64,000 nucleotides of DNA from Aequorivita sp. (GTDB lineage: Bacteria > Bacteroidota > Bacteroidia > Flavobacteriales > Flavobacteriaceae): the NCBI GenBank assembly GCA_965219125.1, contig CBDCMO010000002.1:2086407-2150406 (forward strand), written 5' to 3'. A model generated the notes under the pieces. The model saw only the letters and a program-made list of their open reading frames with translations, ran no database searches and was not told the origin of the DNA. Position numbers and translations under genes: made by a program. Below, piece by piece: positions 1 through 9,940 of this stretch. The first letter of the stretch is position 1, and the number at the start of each line of letters is the position of its first letter.

Positions 1-188
1 ATAATGGGTTAAAAAATTCAGATAAAGCAATAGAATCTTTGGAAATGGGACTTGATTTTTTGATAGATGACGCAAAAATGGAAAAAGATTTCTATAAACA
101 ATTATCGGTGGCTTACGCTTTAAAAGGTGATTCTAAAAACGCAGCAAATTATGCCAATAAGAGTGCTGATATAAAAACTACCAATTAA
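1..188 (+). CDS. TPR-like protein, C-terminal fragment (5' end outside window)
   Basis: Frame 3 is open from the window edge to TAA at 186-188. The tail AIESLEMGLDFLIDDAKMEKDFYKQLSVAYALKGDSKNAANYANKSA reads like a TPR helix pair. Confidence 0.45.
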   Translation, partial: NGLKNSDKAIESLEMGLDFLIDDAKMEKDFYKQLSVAYALKGDSKNAANYANKSADIKTTN

Positions 189-192
189 TTTT

Positions 193-966
193 ATGAGATT
201 TAAACAAGGATTTTTTTTATTGATTATAGGAGTTTTAACGAGTTGCGGTGGCTCGAAAAAATTGGCAACAAATGATGAAAATGTGGCTGTTGCCAAAATT
301 ATTGCTAACCATAACGAAGCTTTTCCAGAGTTTAAAACACTTGCTGCACGAATTCAAGTTGCGTACGAAGATGACAAAAAATCGCAAAGCATCACGACAA
401 GTCTTCGTATTGAAAAAGACAAGAATATTTGGATAAAGGCTTCATTTTTAGGCGTTACGCTTGCAAAGATTTTAATAACTCCAAACCGTGTTAGTTTTTA
501 CGAAACAATTGGCAGAACATATTTCGATGGCGATTTTGCTTTGGTTAGCGATTTTTTAGGAACAGAAATTAACTTTCAACAAGCACAGGCACTGTTATTG
601 GGACAATCTATTTTTAATTTGAAAGATGGTGTTTACACATCGCAAAGCCAGTTAGGTAATTTTAAATTGTCACCAAAAAAACAAGATTCCAATTTTATAT
701 ATTCAATATTGTTACATTCAAAAAATTATAAAGTTAGTAGTGAAACGCTTTCGCAACCTTCAGATAATAGACTTTTGGATGTTCGTTATGGAGAGTATCA
801 AATTGAAAATGGAAGTTTCTATCCTTCAACAATTGCCATAAACAGTTCAGAAGGTGAAAGTAAAACAACAATCGATTTAAATTACAAGAAAATTGATTTG
901 AATGTTGATGTTTCATTTCCATTCGATATCCCTGAAGGTTACGAAGAAATTACGTTAGATAAATGA
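193..966 (+). CDS. DUF4292-like outer-membrane lipoprotein (LolB-like fold)
   Basis: 257-aa ORF with signal peptide plus lipobox (LLIIGVLTSC); beta-rich, no catalytic motif. The sequence and the gene order (TPR gene / this gene / EnvC-like gene) match my memory of the DUF4292 family. ATGA overlap with the next gene. Confidence 0.55.
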   Translation: MRFKQGFFLLIIGVLTSCGGSKKLATNDENVAVAKIIANHNEAFPEFKTLAARIQVAYEDDKKSQSITTSLRIEKDKNIWIKASFLGVTLAKILITPNRVSFYETIGRTYFDGDFALVSDFLGTEINFQQAQALLLGQSIFNLKDGVYTSQSQLGNFKLSPKKQDSNFIYSILLHSKNYKVSSETLSQPSDNRLLDVRYGEYQIENGSFYPSTIAINSSEGESKTTIDLNYKKIDLNVDVSFPFDIPEGYEEITLDK

Positions 967-2204
967 GAAGACTGCCATTATATTTATTCCTATTTATAGG
1001 TCTATTTGCTTCAATACCCTCTTTTGCACAGAAAGATAAACAGGAGCAATTGGAAGACAAACGGCGCGCTATACTACAGGAAATAAAACAAATAAATTCG
1101 TTACTTTCTAAAACGAAAAAACAGGAAAAGTCTGTTCTTACTCAAGTTAATGATCTTAACAAGCGCATCAATATCGGTGAAAATCTTATAAAAGTAACCA
1201 ACCAACAAGCAAACGCGCTTACACAAAATATAAATACGAATATCAACCAAATTTCGCAACTCCGGGACGAATTGAAAGTAATGAAAGCCGATTATGCGGC
1301 GATGATACAGAAATCCTATAAAAGCAAAAGCCAACAAAGTAGGATTATGTTTTTGCTGTCTTCCGAAAGTTTTTTACAGGCTTACAAACGGCTTCAGTAT
1401 ATGAAACAATATGCTAAATTCCGTAAAAAACAGGGAGAAGGCATTAAACAGAAAACCGAAAAAGTACAGCAATTGAATGCGGGTTTAATTGTTCAAAAGA
1501 AGAAGAAAGAACAGCTTATTTCAGAAAACGAAAAAGCAGGCGACGAACTGAATAAGCAGAAAAAGGAACAGGTTGAATTGGTAGCAAGTTTGAAAAAGGA
1601 TGCTGGGAAATATGTAGGCCAAATTAAGGACAAGCAAAAACAAAGTGATGCTATTGAAAGAGAAATTGATGCTTTAATTAGAGAGGCAATAGCTGAAGCA
1701 AACCGAAAAGCCAATGCCAATAAAACGGTAACAACCACAAAAACTACCTCCACCGGTTTCGCCTTAACGCCGGAAGCCAAGGCATTGGCAGTTAGTTTTG
1801 CTAGCAATAAAGGCAAATTACCTTGGCCAGTTGCCAAAGGTGTTGTTATAAAAAGCTATGGAAAACATCAACATCCACAATTTCCAAATGTTACAACAAA
1901 CAGCAACGGAGTAGAAATTGCCACCGATGATAATGCGGAAGCGAGAGCGGTTTTTAACGGTGAGGTAATGCAGATACAAAAAATAAAAGGGGCTAACCAA
2001 GCTGTTTATATTCAGCATGGCGATTATATTACAGTGTATAGCAACTTAACAAATCTAAAAGTTAAAAAGGGTGATAAGGTTTCAACAAACCAAACGTTGG
2101 GCACAGTTGCCATAAACCCGAATGAAGGTAAGACAGTATTAAAATTCTTGATATATCAAAACACAAATAAAATGAATCCTGCAGATTGGATTTTGAGGAT
2201 GTAA
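963..2204 (+). CDS. EnvC-like murein hydrolase activator (coiled coil + degenerate M23/LytM domain)
   Basis: 413-aa ORF with signal peptide (SIPSFAQ), a long K/Q/E-rich coiled-coil region and a C-terminal LytM fold (GVEIATDDNAEARAVFNGEV...VYIQHGDYITVYSNL). The expected HxxxD and HxH metal ligands look substituted (NSNGVEIA; VLKFLIYQ). Confidence 0.75.
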   Translation: MRRLPLYLFLFIGLFASIPSFAQKDKQEQLEDKRRAILQEIKQINSLLSKTKKQEKSVLTQVNDLNKRINIGENLIKVTNQQANALTQNINTNINQISQLRDELKVMKADYAAMIQKSYKSKSQQSRIMFLLSSESFLQAYKRLQYMKQYAKFRKKQGEGIKQKTEKVQQLNAGLIVQKKKKEQLISENEKAGDELNKQKKEQVELVASLKKDAGKYVGQIKDKQKQSDAIEREIDALIREAIAEANRKANANKTVTTTKTTSTGFALTPEAKALAVSFASNKGKLPWPVAKGVVIKSYGKHQHPQFPNVTTNSNGVEIATDDNAEARAVFNGEVMQIQKIKGANQAVYIQHGDYITVYSNLTNLKVKKGDKVSTNQTLGTVAINPNEGKTVLKFLIYQNTNKMNPADWILRM

Positions 2205-2234
2205 TTTTTTTCAAATTTAATCTGCGCATTTCTC

Positions 2235-2744
2235 CTATAAAAATAGGGCTTTAAGCTCAGTAGCATCTTGAGGCTTCATTTTTCCGGCAAGTACTAAACT
2301 TAATTGTTTTCTTCGCAATGCCGCGACAAATCTTTCTTTTTCCAATTCAGTTTCAGGAATTAATTCTGGTACCGGAACGGGATTTCCAGATTCATTAACA
2401 GCAACGAAGGTGTAAATCGCTTCATTTGCTTTGCTTTTCATGCCACTTTCACGATCTTCCAACCAAACATCCATAAAAACTTCCATAGAAGTTTTAAAAG
2501 CACGGGACACGTGTGCTTCAACAGTTACAACACTTCCCAACGGAATCATTTTGTTGAATGCTACGTGGTTTACACTTGCCGTTACAACAATGCGACGGCT
2601 ATGTCTTCTAGCAGCAATACTCGCCGCACGATCCATTCTAGCAAGCAATTCGCCACCAAACATATTGCCAATTGGGTTTGTTTCGCTTGGTAAAACTAAA
2701 TCTGTAATAACTGTTCGGGACTCTTTTGGAGTTTTCGGTTCCAT
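2235..2744 (-). CDS. acyl-CoA thioesterase (hotdog fold)
   Basis: NPIGNMFGGELLARMDRAASIAARRH...VVTASVNHVAFNKMIPLGSVV is typical of YciA/BFIT-type thioesterases. The track ORF starts at a TTG (2795). I use the first ATG (MEPKTPKES) at 2744. Confidence 0.8.
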   Translation of the reverse strand: MEPKTPKESRTVITDLVLPSETNPIGNMFGGELLARMDRAASIAARRHSRRIVVTASVNHVAFNKMIPLGSVVTVEAHVSRAFKTSMEVFMDVWLEDRESGMKSKANEAIYTFVAVNESGNPVPVPELIPETELEKERFVAALRRKQLSLVLAGKMKPQDATELKALFL

Positions 2745-2894
2745 TTTAAAATTTTTGGGCAAAGATAGTCCAAATGTGAGTTTGCGAGGACGCAAGAATT
2801 CGTTAATTATAAAATGAAATCGTAAGTTGGATTATTAGAAGAAGTGAAAAATAGTGGCTTAGATAAAGTTTTAAGATTTAATCTAAAATTGAAC

Positions 2895-3836
2895 TTATTC
2901 CGCCAAATCTTTAACCAGCAACCAGACATCGGCATTTTCGGTACGTTTTATTTCATACAGATTTTTCATTGCTTCTTTACGGTCGCTGTAACTACTGTAC
3001 ATTACTTGCGTTAAGCCATACCGATTTTCACCAATAAGACGCGGGGAAAAACCTTTTGCTCTGAGTTGGGCAATTTTTTTGTCGGCGTTTTCAGCTTCAC
3101 GATAGGCACCGGCGATAATGTGGTAAATTCCTGTTTCCTTTTTTACTTCAACATGTAATGCTGTTAAAGGATTATCTATTACGAAAGTGGCTTCTTGAAT
3201 TTGGTTTTCTAATAACGTATTAGCCTTTGCACGCTCGGCGATGTTATGATCTTTAATGTTATTTTCGTACAGTTTAATGCCGCCAAAGCCGCCGACAGTT
3301 AGAGCAATAAGCGCGATGGCAGCATATTTTAAATATGGTTGAGCTTCGCGTTTTTCGGGGGTAAAACGGATTGGTGCTTTTTCTTCAAGCTTTTCAACTG
3401 CTTCTTTATAAACTTCTCTACTAACTTTTGGTGAAACAAACTGCGTCATCCCAAAAGATGCGGTGCTGAAGTTTTGTTTTTCGGCAGGTTCAAATTGTAC
3501 AGATTTTTCAACGTTTAATTGAAAACTTCCAATACCTTTTATAATTACATTTTCTCCTTCAGATAGCTGTAAAGAAATTGTTCCTGTAAAATTTCTAATT
3601 CTTTGCAGTGCTGTTTCATAACTACACGCTTCAACCGTAGCCACATAATTTGCCAGCAAACCATCGTTGGTTTGCAATCTCCTATTAAAGGAAATAGTTT
3701 TTGTTGGTGGAAAAAAGGTGTGGGTTTCCGGCTGTAAATAAGCCGACCTATACTGTGTTAATAATGCTCCAAAACCTGGAATTATCACGCAATCATAGCG
3801 ATAAAGTAAATCATTGATGTAGGTAGCCAACTGCAT
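2895..3836 (-). CDS. HU-CCDC81-like / SPOR domain protein (peptidoglycan binding)
   Basis: N-terminal module YINDLLYRYDCVIIPGFGALLTQ, one TM helix (YLKYAAIALIALTVGGFGGI), and a C-terminal SPOR-like domain (YHIIAGAYREAENADKKIAQLRAKGF...). Confidence 0.7.
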   Translation of the reverse strand: MQLATYINDLLYRYDCVIIPGFGALLTQYRSAYLQPETHTFFPPTKTISFNRRLQTNDGLLANYVATVEACSYETALQRIRNFTGTISLQLSEGENVIIKGIGSFQLNVEKSVQFEPAEKQNFSTASFGMTQFVSPKVSREVYKEAVEKLEEKAPIRFTPEKREAQPYLKYAAIALIALTVGGFGGIKLYENNIKDHNIAERAKANTLLENQIQEATFVIDNPLTALHVEVKKETGIYHIIAGAYREAENADKKIAQLRAKGFSPRLIGENRYGLTQVMYSSYSDRKEAMKNLYEIKRTENADVWLLVKDLAE

Positions 3837-4006
3837 AAAACAAAGATAGTTTTTAATTTATTTTATACAATTTTTGAATGGTAGTTTTATCAACAAATGC
3901 TATAATCTATCTGTTTAAGAACATTCTAAGAATTCAGGCCCAAAAAATATCCTTTTAGTATCTTTTGAATTTCAATGAGAATCTTTCTTCAATTTTAGCT
4001 CAAATC

Positions 4007-5071
4007 TTACTTGCTTTTTTCAGTATCAACTTCTTTAATTAAATAAACGTAAACTGGAAAATGATCGCTGTACCCGCCAGTAAAACCGTTGGCAAAACTT
4101 CTAAAAGGGTACCCTTTATATTGGCCGCGTGGGTTTGCGAGATAGGTTTTGTTGAAAATGCCGGCTTTGTATAATCTATAGGTTGAAAAATCTTTTTTGG
4201 TAAGTTCGGTACTCATTATAATTTGGTCAAACAAATTCCAACTATCTCGGTAAGCAAGGGTTCCCATTCCATCGGCAAACATTTCTTCCATTGGGTTGTA
4301 AAGTTCTTTCATTTCAAGCTTTTCGCGATTGGATTTTGTCTTCAAAATATCCTTTACACTTGGGCTTGTAGGATCATCATTTAAATCGCCCATTGTAATA
4401 ATCTTTGCGTACGGATCTTCGCTAAAAATTGAATCGATTATAGATTTATTCAACTTTGCTGCCTTTATTCGTTTTGATCGGCTGCGTTCTTCACCGCCAC
4501 TTCTAGATGGCCAGTGATTAACGATTATACTAATTTTTTCGCCATCTAACATTCCCGTAACCAAAAGTTGATCTCTTGTGTAAACCCTTTTTGTTGGGTC
4601 ATTATCTTCGTAAATAAGTAGTTCGTGTTTAGTTGTACTAGTTGGGTGAAAAAGCTTTTTTTGGTATAAAAGAGCAACATCAATCCCACGTCTATCAGGA
4701 GAATCAAATTGAACTATCCCGTAATCTTTGCCAACCAAGGCTTTGTCATTCACCAAATCTTCCAATACACGGCGATTTTCTGTTTCAGCAACACCAATAA
4801 TTGCAGGTGAAGTTCCGGAAACATCCGCACCTATTTCAGAAATTACTTTCGCCATATTTTTAATTTTGGCGTTGTAAATGTCTTCTGTCCAATGGTCTTT
4901 GCCTTCTGGTGTACGATCATCGTCAAACGTAATGGGATCATCTTCAAAATCAAATAAATTTTCTACGTTATAAAAAGCTATTGTATTAACCTTGTACGTT
5001 TTCTTTTCTTGCGCATTTGATAATGAATAAGTTAAAATTAAAACAGGTAATAACCAACGTGTTATTTTCAT
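4007..5071 (-). CDS. secreted endonuclease/exonuclease/phosphatase (EEP) family protein (EEP1)
   Basis: 354-aa ORF with signal peptide (SLSNAQE). EEP landmarks: AFYNVENLFD, IVNHWPSRSGG, MGDLNDDP, SDHFPVYVYL. Confidence 0.75.
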   Translation of the reverse strand: MKITRWLLPVLILTYSLSNAQEKKTYKVNTIAFYNVENLFDFEDDPITFDDDRTPEGKDHWTEDIYNAKIKNMAKVISEIGADVSGTSPAIIGVAETENRRVLEDLVNDKALVGKDYGIVQFDSPDRRGIDVALLYQKKLFHPTSTTKHELLIYEDNDPTKRVYTRDQLLVTGMLDGEKISIIVNHWPSRSGGEERSRSKRIKAAKLNKSIIDSIFSEDPYAKIITMGDLNDDPTSPSVKDILKTKSNREKLEMKELYNPMEEMFADGMGTLAYRDSWNLFDQIIMSTELTKKDFSTYRLYKAGIFNKTYLANPRGQYKGYPFRSFANGFTGGYSDHFPVYVYLIKEVDTEKSK

Positions 5072-5148
5072 TTTTAGGTTTTATATTATGTTTGTGTAAA
5101 TAATTCTGCAATTGTGGCACCAAAAGTAGGAATTAAATGTAAAAAATG

Positions 5149-5156
5149 TAGATTTG
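5149..5156 (+). promoter_or_regulatory. candidate Bacteroidota -7 promoter box for the TonB-receptor operon
   Basis: TAGATTTG fits TAnnTTTG and lies 52 nt upstream of the ATG at 5209. No clean -33 TTG at the expected spacing. Confidence 0.3.
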
Positions 5157-5208
5157 CACCGTTTTAATAATAAAAATTTAATCTAATAAACCACAAATTA
5201 TTTACAGA

Positions 5209-7980
5209 ATGAAAAAATTCATTGTAGTCTTTTGCATTGTTTTGCTAAGTAGTTTTTCGCTATTTGCGCAAAGTGCCACGGTAAAAGGAAAAGTTGTAGA
5301 TAGCAACTCAACCGAGGTTGTCCCCGATGTAACAATCGGATTGGAAACTACTGTTTACACTACAACAACAGATGCCACAGGTATGTTTACGCTAAGCGGT
5401 GCGGATTTGCCTCTTGGCGAACAAGTGCTAACAGTAAGTAAGGATGGATATGTTGCACAACGCATTCAAATTACAATAGACGCGGGCCAAACCCTAAATC
5501 TAGGTTCAGTTTTGTTAGTTTTTGACTACACGGCTGTCGAAGCTCAAATTGGTGTTATCAGTCTTTCTGATAATGAACTAGATGAGGACGAAGGTAGCTC
5601 GAACAATGTTTCGGGCTTACTACAAGCATCTCGAGACGTGTTTTTAAACGCAGCTGCTTTTGATTTTAGCGCAACATTTTTTAGACCACGCGGGTACGAT
5701 TCTGAAAACGGAAAAGTGTTAATAAACGGCATTGAAATGAACAAAATTTACGATGGTAGACCACAATGGGGAAACTGGGGCGGTTTAAACGATGTTCAAC
5801 GAAACCAATTATTTTCAATGGGTCTCAAAGCTAATGATTATACTTTTGGTGATTTAGCAGGGACAACAAACATAAACATGCGTGCTTCAGATTATAGAGA
5901 AGGTGGCCGTATAAGTTACGCTACATCCAACCGTAGCTATCGCGGCCGTGTAATGGGTTCTTACAGCAGCGGTTTATTGCCAACTGGTTGGGCTTATTCG
6001 GTTTTATTGGCTAGACGTTATGGAGATGAAGGCTATAACGATGGTACTTTATATGATGCAAATTCATTTTTCGCTTCCGTAGAAAAGAAACTTAGCGATA
6101 GCCACAGCTTAAACCTTACGGCGTTTTATACACCAAACCGTCGCGGTAAATCGTCACCAAACACCCAAGAGGTTGTAGATTTAAAAGGAATAAAATACAA
6201 CAGTTATTGGGGCGAGCAAGATGGCGAAATTAGAAACTCACGTATAAAGGAAGTTAAAGAACCAGTAGTAATGTTAAATCACTATTGGACTATTTCTGAT
6301 AAAACCAGCCTAAACACAAACATTGGTTACCAATTTGGAAGTATTGGCAATAGCCGTTTAGGGTATGATAATGCACCAAACCCAGACCCAACGTATTATC
6401 AACAATTACCTAGTTTCTTTTTGGCAAATCCAAATGGCCCAGATTTGGGCGGTGCATATACTGCGTTAAACGGTTTTGTTGAGGACGGACAGATAGATTG
6501 GCAAAATATTTATGAAACTAACGTTTTCTTTGGTGGAACATCTCGCTACTATTTATACGAAGATAGAAATGATGACAACCAATTATCTGTTAACACAATC
6601 CTAGATCAAAAAATAAACGATAATATTACCATAAACGCTTCTTTAAATTACAAAAATTTAAAGTCGAAGAACTTTGCTAATTTGATTGATTTATTAGGAG
6701 GAAATGGTTACTTAGACGTAGATACATTTAACCAAGGAACAGCGGCTCAAAATGATTTAAACAATCCAGATAGAATTGTTGGAGTAGATGATACCTTTAA
6801 ATACAATTACGAAATTGATGCAACAAAATATAACGGCTTTGTACAAGGTCAGTTTACTTATAATACTGTAGATTTTTATCTTGCCGCAAATGTTGGTAAA
6901 ACAATGTATCAGCGTGACGGTCTATACAATAATGGTAGTTTTCCAAAAAATTCTTTTGGCCCAAGTGAAAAACTGGACTTCACAACCTATGGTGGAAAAG
7001 CAGGTTTAACGTACAAAATTTCAGGAAGACACGCGTTAGATTTCAACACAGCATATTTTACGGATGCACCAACCGTGCGTAACTCTTTCAGCAATAGCCG
7101 TCAAAATAACGAGATTGTTGATGGGCTTACAGAACAAAAGAACTTAAATTTTGATGGTAGTTATATTTATCGTTCTTCAATTGTAAAAGCAAGACTTACG
7201 GGTTATTACACAGAAACATCGGATGAGTCTGAAATTTCGTTTTACTATGCGGACGGTATTTCTTCAACAAATAGACAGGTGAGCAACGCCTTTGTACAAG
7301 AAGTTTTAAACGGTATTGACAAACAATATTTAGGGGGAGAATTTGGCATTGAAGCGCAAGTAACACCCACAATAAAATTGAAAGGTGCAGCAGCTTACGG
7401 TCAGTACACATATGCTAACAACCCAACCTTATATATAACTTCCAATGATGAAATAAGTAATGGTCCAAACCCGCAACGTTTAGATCTTGGCGAAGCGTAC
7501 TTAAAAGATTACAAAATTGCCGGCGGACCACAACAGGCATACCAAGTAGGTTTTGAATATCGCGATCCAGATTTTTGGTGGGTTGGCGCAACGGCAAACT
7601 ATTTCAATAATGCATATGTAGATATTGCCCCAATAACAAGAACCCAAAATTTGTATCTTGATAATGACCAAGTACCATTTAACGATTATGATCCTGAAAT
7701 TGCTCGCCAATTATTAAAGCAGGAAAAGTTTGATGATTATATGTTGGTAAACGTTGTGGGTGGTAAGTCTTGGAAGATAAAAGATTACTACGTTGGTTTT
7801 TTCGCAACCATTAACAATATCTTTGATAAAGAATATAAAACAGGTGGTTTTGAACAAGCTAGAAGTGCAAACTACAGACAACTTGTTGAAGACAGTAATA
7901 ATCCAAAACCAGTTTTTGGTCCAAAATATTTCTACGGAAATGGGACAACTTATTACCTTAACCTTTACGTAAGATTTTAA
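5209..7980 (+). CDS. TonB-dependent receptor with CarboxypepD_reg-like N-terminal domain
   Basis: 923-aa ORF with signal peptide (SLFAQS), N-terminal ATVKGKVVDSNS...TDATGMFTL module, plug-like region (VLINGIEMN) and a long beta-barrel ending ...YYLNLYVRF. Confidence 0.85.
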   Translation: MKKFIVVFCIVLLSSFSLFAQSATVKGKVVDSNSTEVVPDVTIGLETTVYTTTTDATGMFTLSGADLPLGEQVLTVSKDGYVAQRIQITIDAGQTLNLGSVLLVFDYTAVEAQIGVISLSDNELDEDEGSSNNVSGLLQASRDVFLNAAAFDFSATFFRPRGYDSENGKVLINGIEMNKIYDGRPQWGNWGGLNDVQRNQLFSMGLKANDYTFGDLAGTTNINMRASDYREGGRISYATSNRSYRGRVMGSYSSGLLPTGWAYSVLLARRYGDEGYNDGTLYDANSFFASVEKKLSDSHSLNLTAFYTPNRRGKSSPNTQEVVDLKGIKYNSYWGEQDGEIRNSRIKEVKEPVVMLNHYWTISDKTSLNTNIGYQFGSIGNSRLGYDNAPNPDPTYYQQLPSFFLANPNGPDLGGAYTALNGFVEDGQIDWQNIYETNVFFGGTSRYYLYEDRNDDNQLSVNTILDQKINDNITINASLNYKNLKSKNFANLIDLLGGNGYLDVDTFNQGTAAQNDLNNPDRIVGVDDTFKYNYEIDATKYNGFVQGQFTYNTVDFYLAANVGKTMYQRDGLYNNGSFPKNSFGPSEKLDFTTYGGKAGLTYKISGRHALDFNTAYFTDAPTVRNSFSNSRQNNEIVDGLTEQKNLNFDGSYIYRSSIVKARLTGYYTETSDESEISFYYADGISSTNRQVSNAFVQEVLNGIDKQYLGGEFGIEAQVTPTIKLKGAAAYGQYTYANNPTLYITSNDEISNGPNPQRLDLGEAYLKDYKIAGGPQQAYQVGFEYRDPDFWWVGATANYFNNAYVDIAPITRTQNLYLDNDQVPFNDYDPEIARQLLKQEKFDDYMLVNVVGGKSWKIKDYYVGFFATINNIFDKEYKTGGFEQARSANYRQLVEDSNNPKPVFGPKYFYGNGTTYYLNLYVRF

Positions 7981-8017
7981 TAAAAAATAAAAGAAACAAA
8001 TTTTAATATTTAAACAG

Positions 8018-9394
8018 ATGAAAAATTTTAAGAACATCAAATTTCTACCCTTCCTTTTTATTGTAGGGCTTATTGTTACTTCTTGTGTGCAAGATGACGA
8101 ATTCTCGTTACCGGAAATTAGTACTGTCGAGCCAGATATCACAACCAACTTGGATATTGCAACAGTAAAAAGTATTTACGGTGGGTTTGAACCACAACAA
8201 ATAGTTGCAGGCGACGGTTCAAACAGAGAGCTTTATATAGAAGCTTACGTTATCTCCAGCGATCAAACAGGCAATTACTTTAAACAGTTAATCATTCAAG
8301 ATAAACCCGAAAATCCAACAGCGGGGATTGCTATTAGTACAGAAGCTACAGATTTATATACCAAGTTTGAGCCAGGAAGAAAAATTTACTTTAGAGTAGA
8401 TGGACTTTATGTTGGCGAATTTGCAGGATTACCAACAATTGGAACACAAAATGGAGCTGAAGTTGGACGAATTGGAGCAATTGAATTTGAAAACCGTATT
8501 TTCCGATCATTGGATAGCGCGGAACTTGTTCCAACAGTTGTAACTATCAATCAAGCGTTAACCAATCCAAATTTACTTAGTACACTTGTTCAATTTCAAA
8601 ATGTGCAATTTCCAGATAACTTAGCAGGAAATACCTATGGCGAATGCGGAAGTACATTTGGGGTAAATAGAAATGTTGAAGATTGTGATGATAATACAAT
8701 CACCTTACGTAACAGTGGTTTCGCAGACTTCACGTGTACTTTATTGCCTGGCAGAAATGGTAATTTAACAGCAATCGTAAGTACTTTTAATGCGACTATC
8801 CAATTATTTATTAGAGATACAGACGATGTTCAATTTAATGGAGATCGTTGCGAAGGTGATATTATCATAGTTGGCACTGTAGAGCTTCCATTTTCTGAGG
8901 ATTTTGAAGCTCAACCATCAGGTACTGGTGAAACGGTAAATATCCCAGGTTGGACAAACGTAAACGTAAATGGTGGCGCACGCACTTATGAGGTACGTGA
9001 GTTTAGCTCAAACAAATATGCACAAACATCTGCCTTCAACAGTAGTGAAAATCCATTTGAAGTTTGGTTGGTTACGCCAGGTATTAACTTACCAACAGGT
9101 AGCACGCCAACACTTAATTTTGATACAAATGATGGGTTTAATAATGGCGCCGCATTAACTGTATCAGTTTCTACAGATTATACGGGAGACGTTGCTACAG
9201 CTACTTGGACAAACATTACAGCAACTATTTCCTCTGGAAATACTTCAGGTTACGGCACAAGTTTTACCAACAGCGGCGATATTGACTTAACAGCCTACGC
9301 GGGACAAGCAGTATATGTTAGATTTAAATATGCTGGGTCAAGTTCAGGAGTTACTACAACCTATCAAATTGATAATGTGTCTGTAACGGACTAA
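8018..9394 (+). CDS. surface lipoprotein, DUF5689-like N-terminal half + choice-of-anchor-J-like C-terminal domain
   Basis: Lipobox (GLIVTSCVQDD). ELYIEAYVISSDQTGNYFKQLIIQD...GIAIS resembles DUF5689 (OB-fold-like). FSEDFE...GWTNVNVNGG...WLVTPGINL...STDYTGDVATATWTNI resembles choice-of-anchor J. Starts 37 nt after the receptor gene. Confidence 0.65.
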   Translation: MKNFKNIKFLPFLFIVGLIVTSCVQDDEFSLPEISTVEPDITTNLDIATVKSIYGGFEPQQIVAGDGSNRELYIEAYVISSDQTGNYFKQLIIQDKPENPTAGIAISTEATDLYTKFEPGRKIYFRVDGLYVGEFAGLPTIGTQNGAEVGRIGAIEFENRIFRSLDSAELVPTVVTINQALTNPNLLSTLVQFQNVQFPDNLAGNTYGECGSTFGVNRNVEDCDDNTITLRNSGFADFTCTLLPGRNGNLTAIVSTFNATIQLFIRDTDDVQFNGDRCEGDIIIVGTVELPFSEDFEAQPSGTGETVNIPGWTNVNVNGGARTYEVREFSSNKYAQTSAFNSSENPFEVWLVTPGINLPTGSTPTLNFDTNDGFNNGAALTVSVSTDYTGDVATATWTNITATISSGNTSGYGTSFTNSGDIDLTAYAGQAVYVRFKYAGSSSGVTTTYQIDNVSVTD

Positions 9395-9420
9395 ATATTA
9401 ATTTTAATTACATATAAAAA

Positions 9421-9453
9421 AAGGCTTTCCAATTTTTGAGAGCCTTTTTTTTT
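9421..9453 (+). terminator. rho-independent terminator after the receptor/lipoprotein pair
   Basis: AAGGCTTTC (9421-9429) pairs with GAGAGCCTT (9438-9446): 9 bp with one G-U. The loop is 8 nt and a T-run follows to 9453. Confidence 0.7.
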
Positions 9454-9574
9454 ATTTTAATATGATTAGTAATTTCAACGAATCCTTAATAATAGTTAAA
9501 CAAATTTAGACCTACTTTAAGCTTGACTTTACTAGCTTATTTAAGACGATCAAGCCCTATCTTTTGTAAATATA

Positions 9575-9940
9575 TTATTCTACTGCATAATATAAATGGC
9601 AGTTATCATCCATTAGAATAGTGAGCGTATGTAATTCACAAAAATCTACATTGGTAAATTCTATAGCATTTTGATTATCATCGGCAATACGAACGTCATA
9701 GGCGCAAAGGGTATAGTCATCAATCGGAATGCTTACAGCTACTTTGGCATTATCTTTAAATCTATCGTACGGAATAATATCGTCTCCCCAATTGTTTTGG
9801 TTAGTATCCGTTACGTAAACTCCGTACAGATTAAGGCCTGTGTGGTTTACAATGTCAAAATTCAATTCATAATTTTGGGCGAACATTGAGCTTGTAAAAA
9901 ATAATGATAGTAACAACGCAAAAAAAGTATATATTTTCAT
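9575..9940 (-). CDS. small secreted hypothetical protein
   Basis: 121-aa ORF with cleavable signal peptide (SSMFAQN). No family recognised. It sits isolated in an otherwise non-coding AT-rich ~1 kb stretch. Confidence 0.45.
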   Translation of the reverse strand: MKIYTFFALLLSLFFTSSMFAQNYELNFDIVNHTGLNLYGVYVTDTNQNNWGDDIIPYDRFKDNAKVAVSIPIDDYTLCAYDVRIADDNQNAIEFTNVDFCELHTLTILMDDNCHLYYAVE

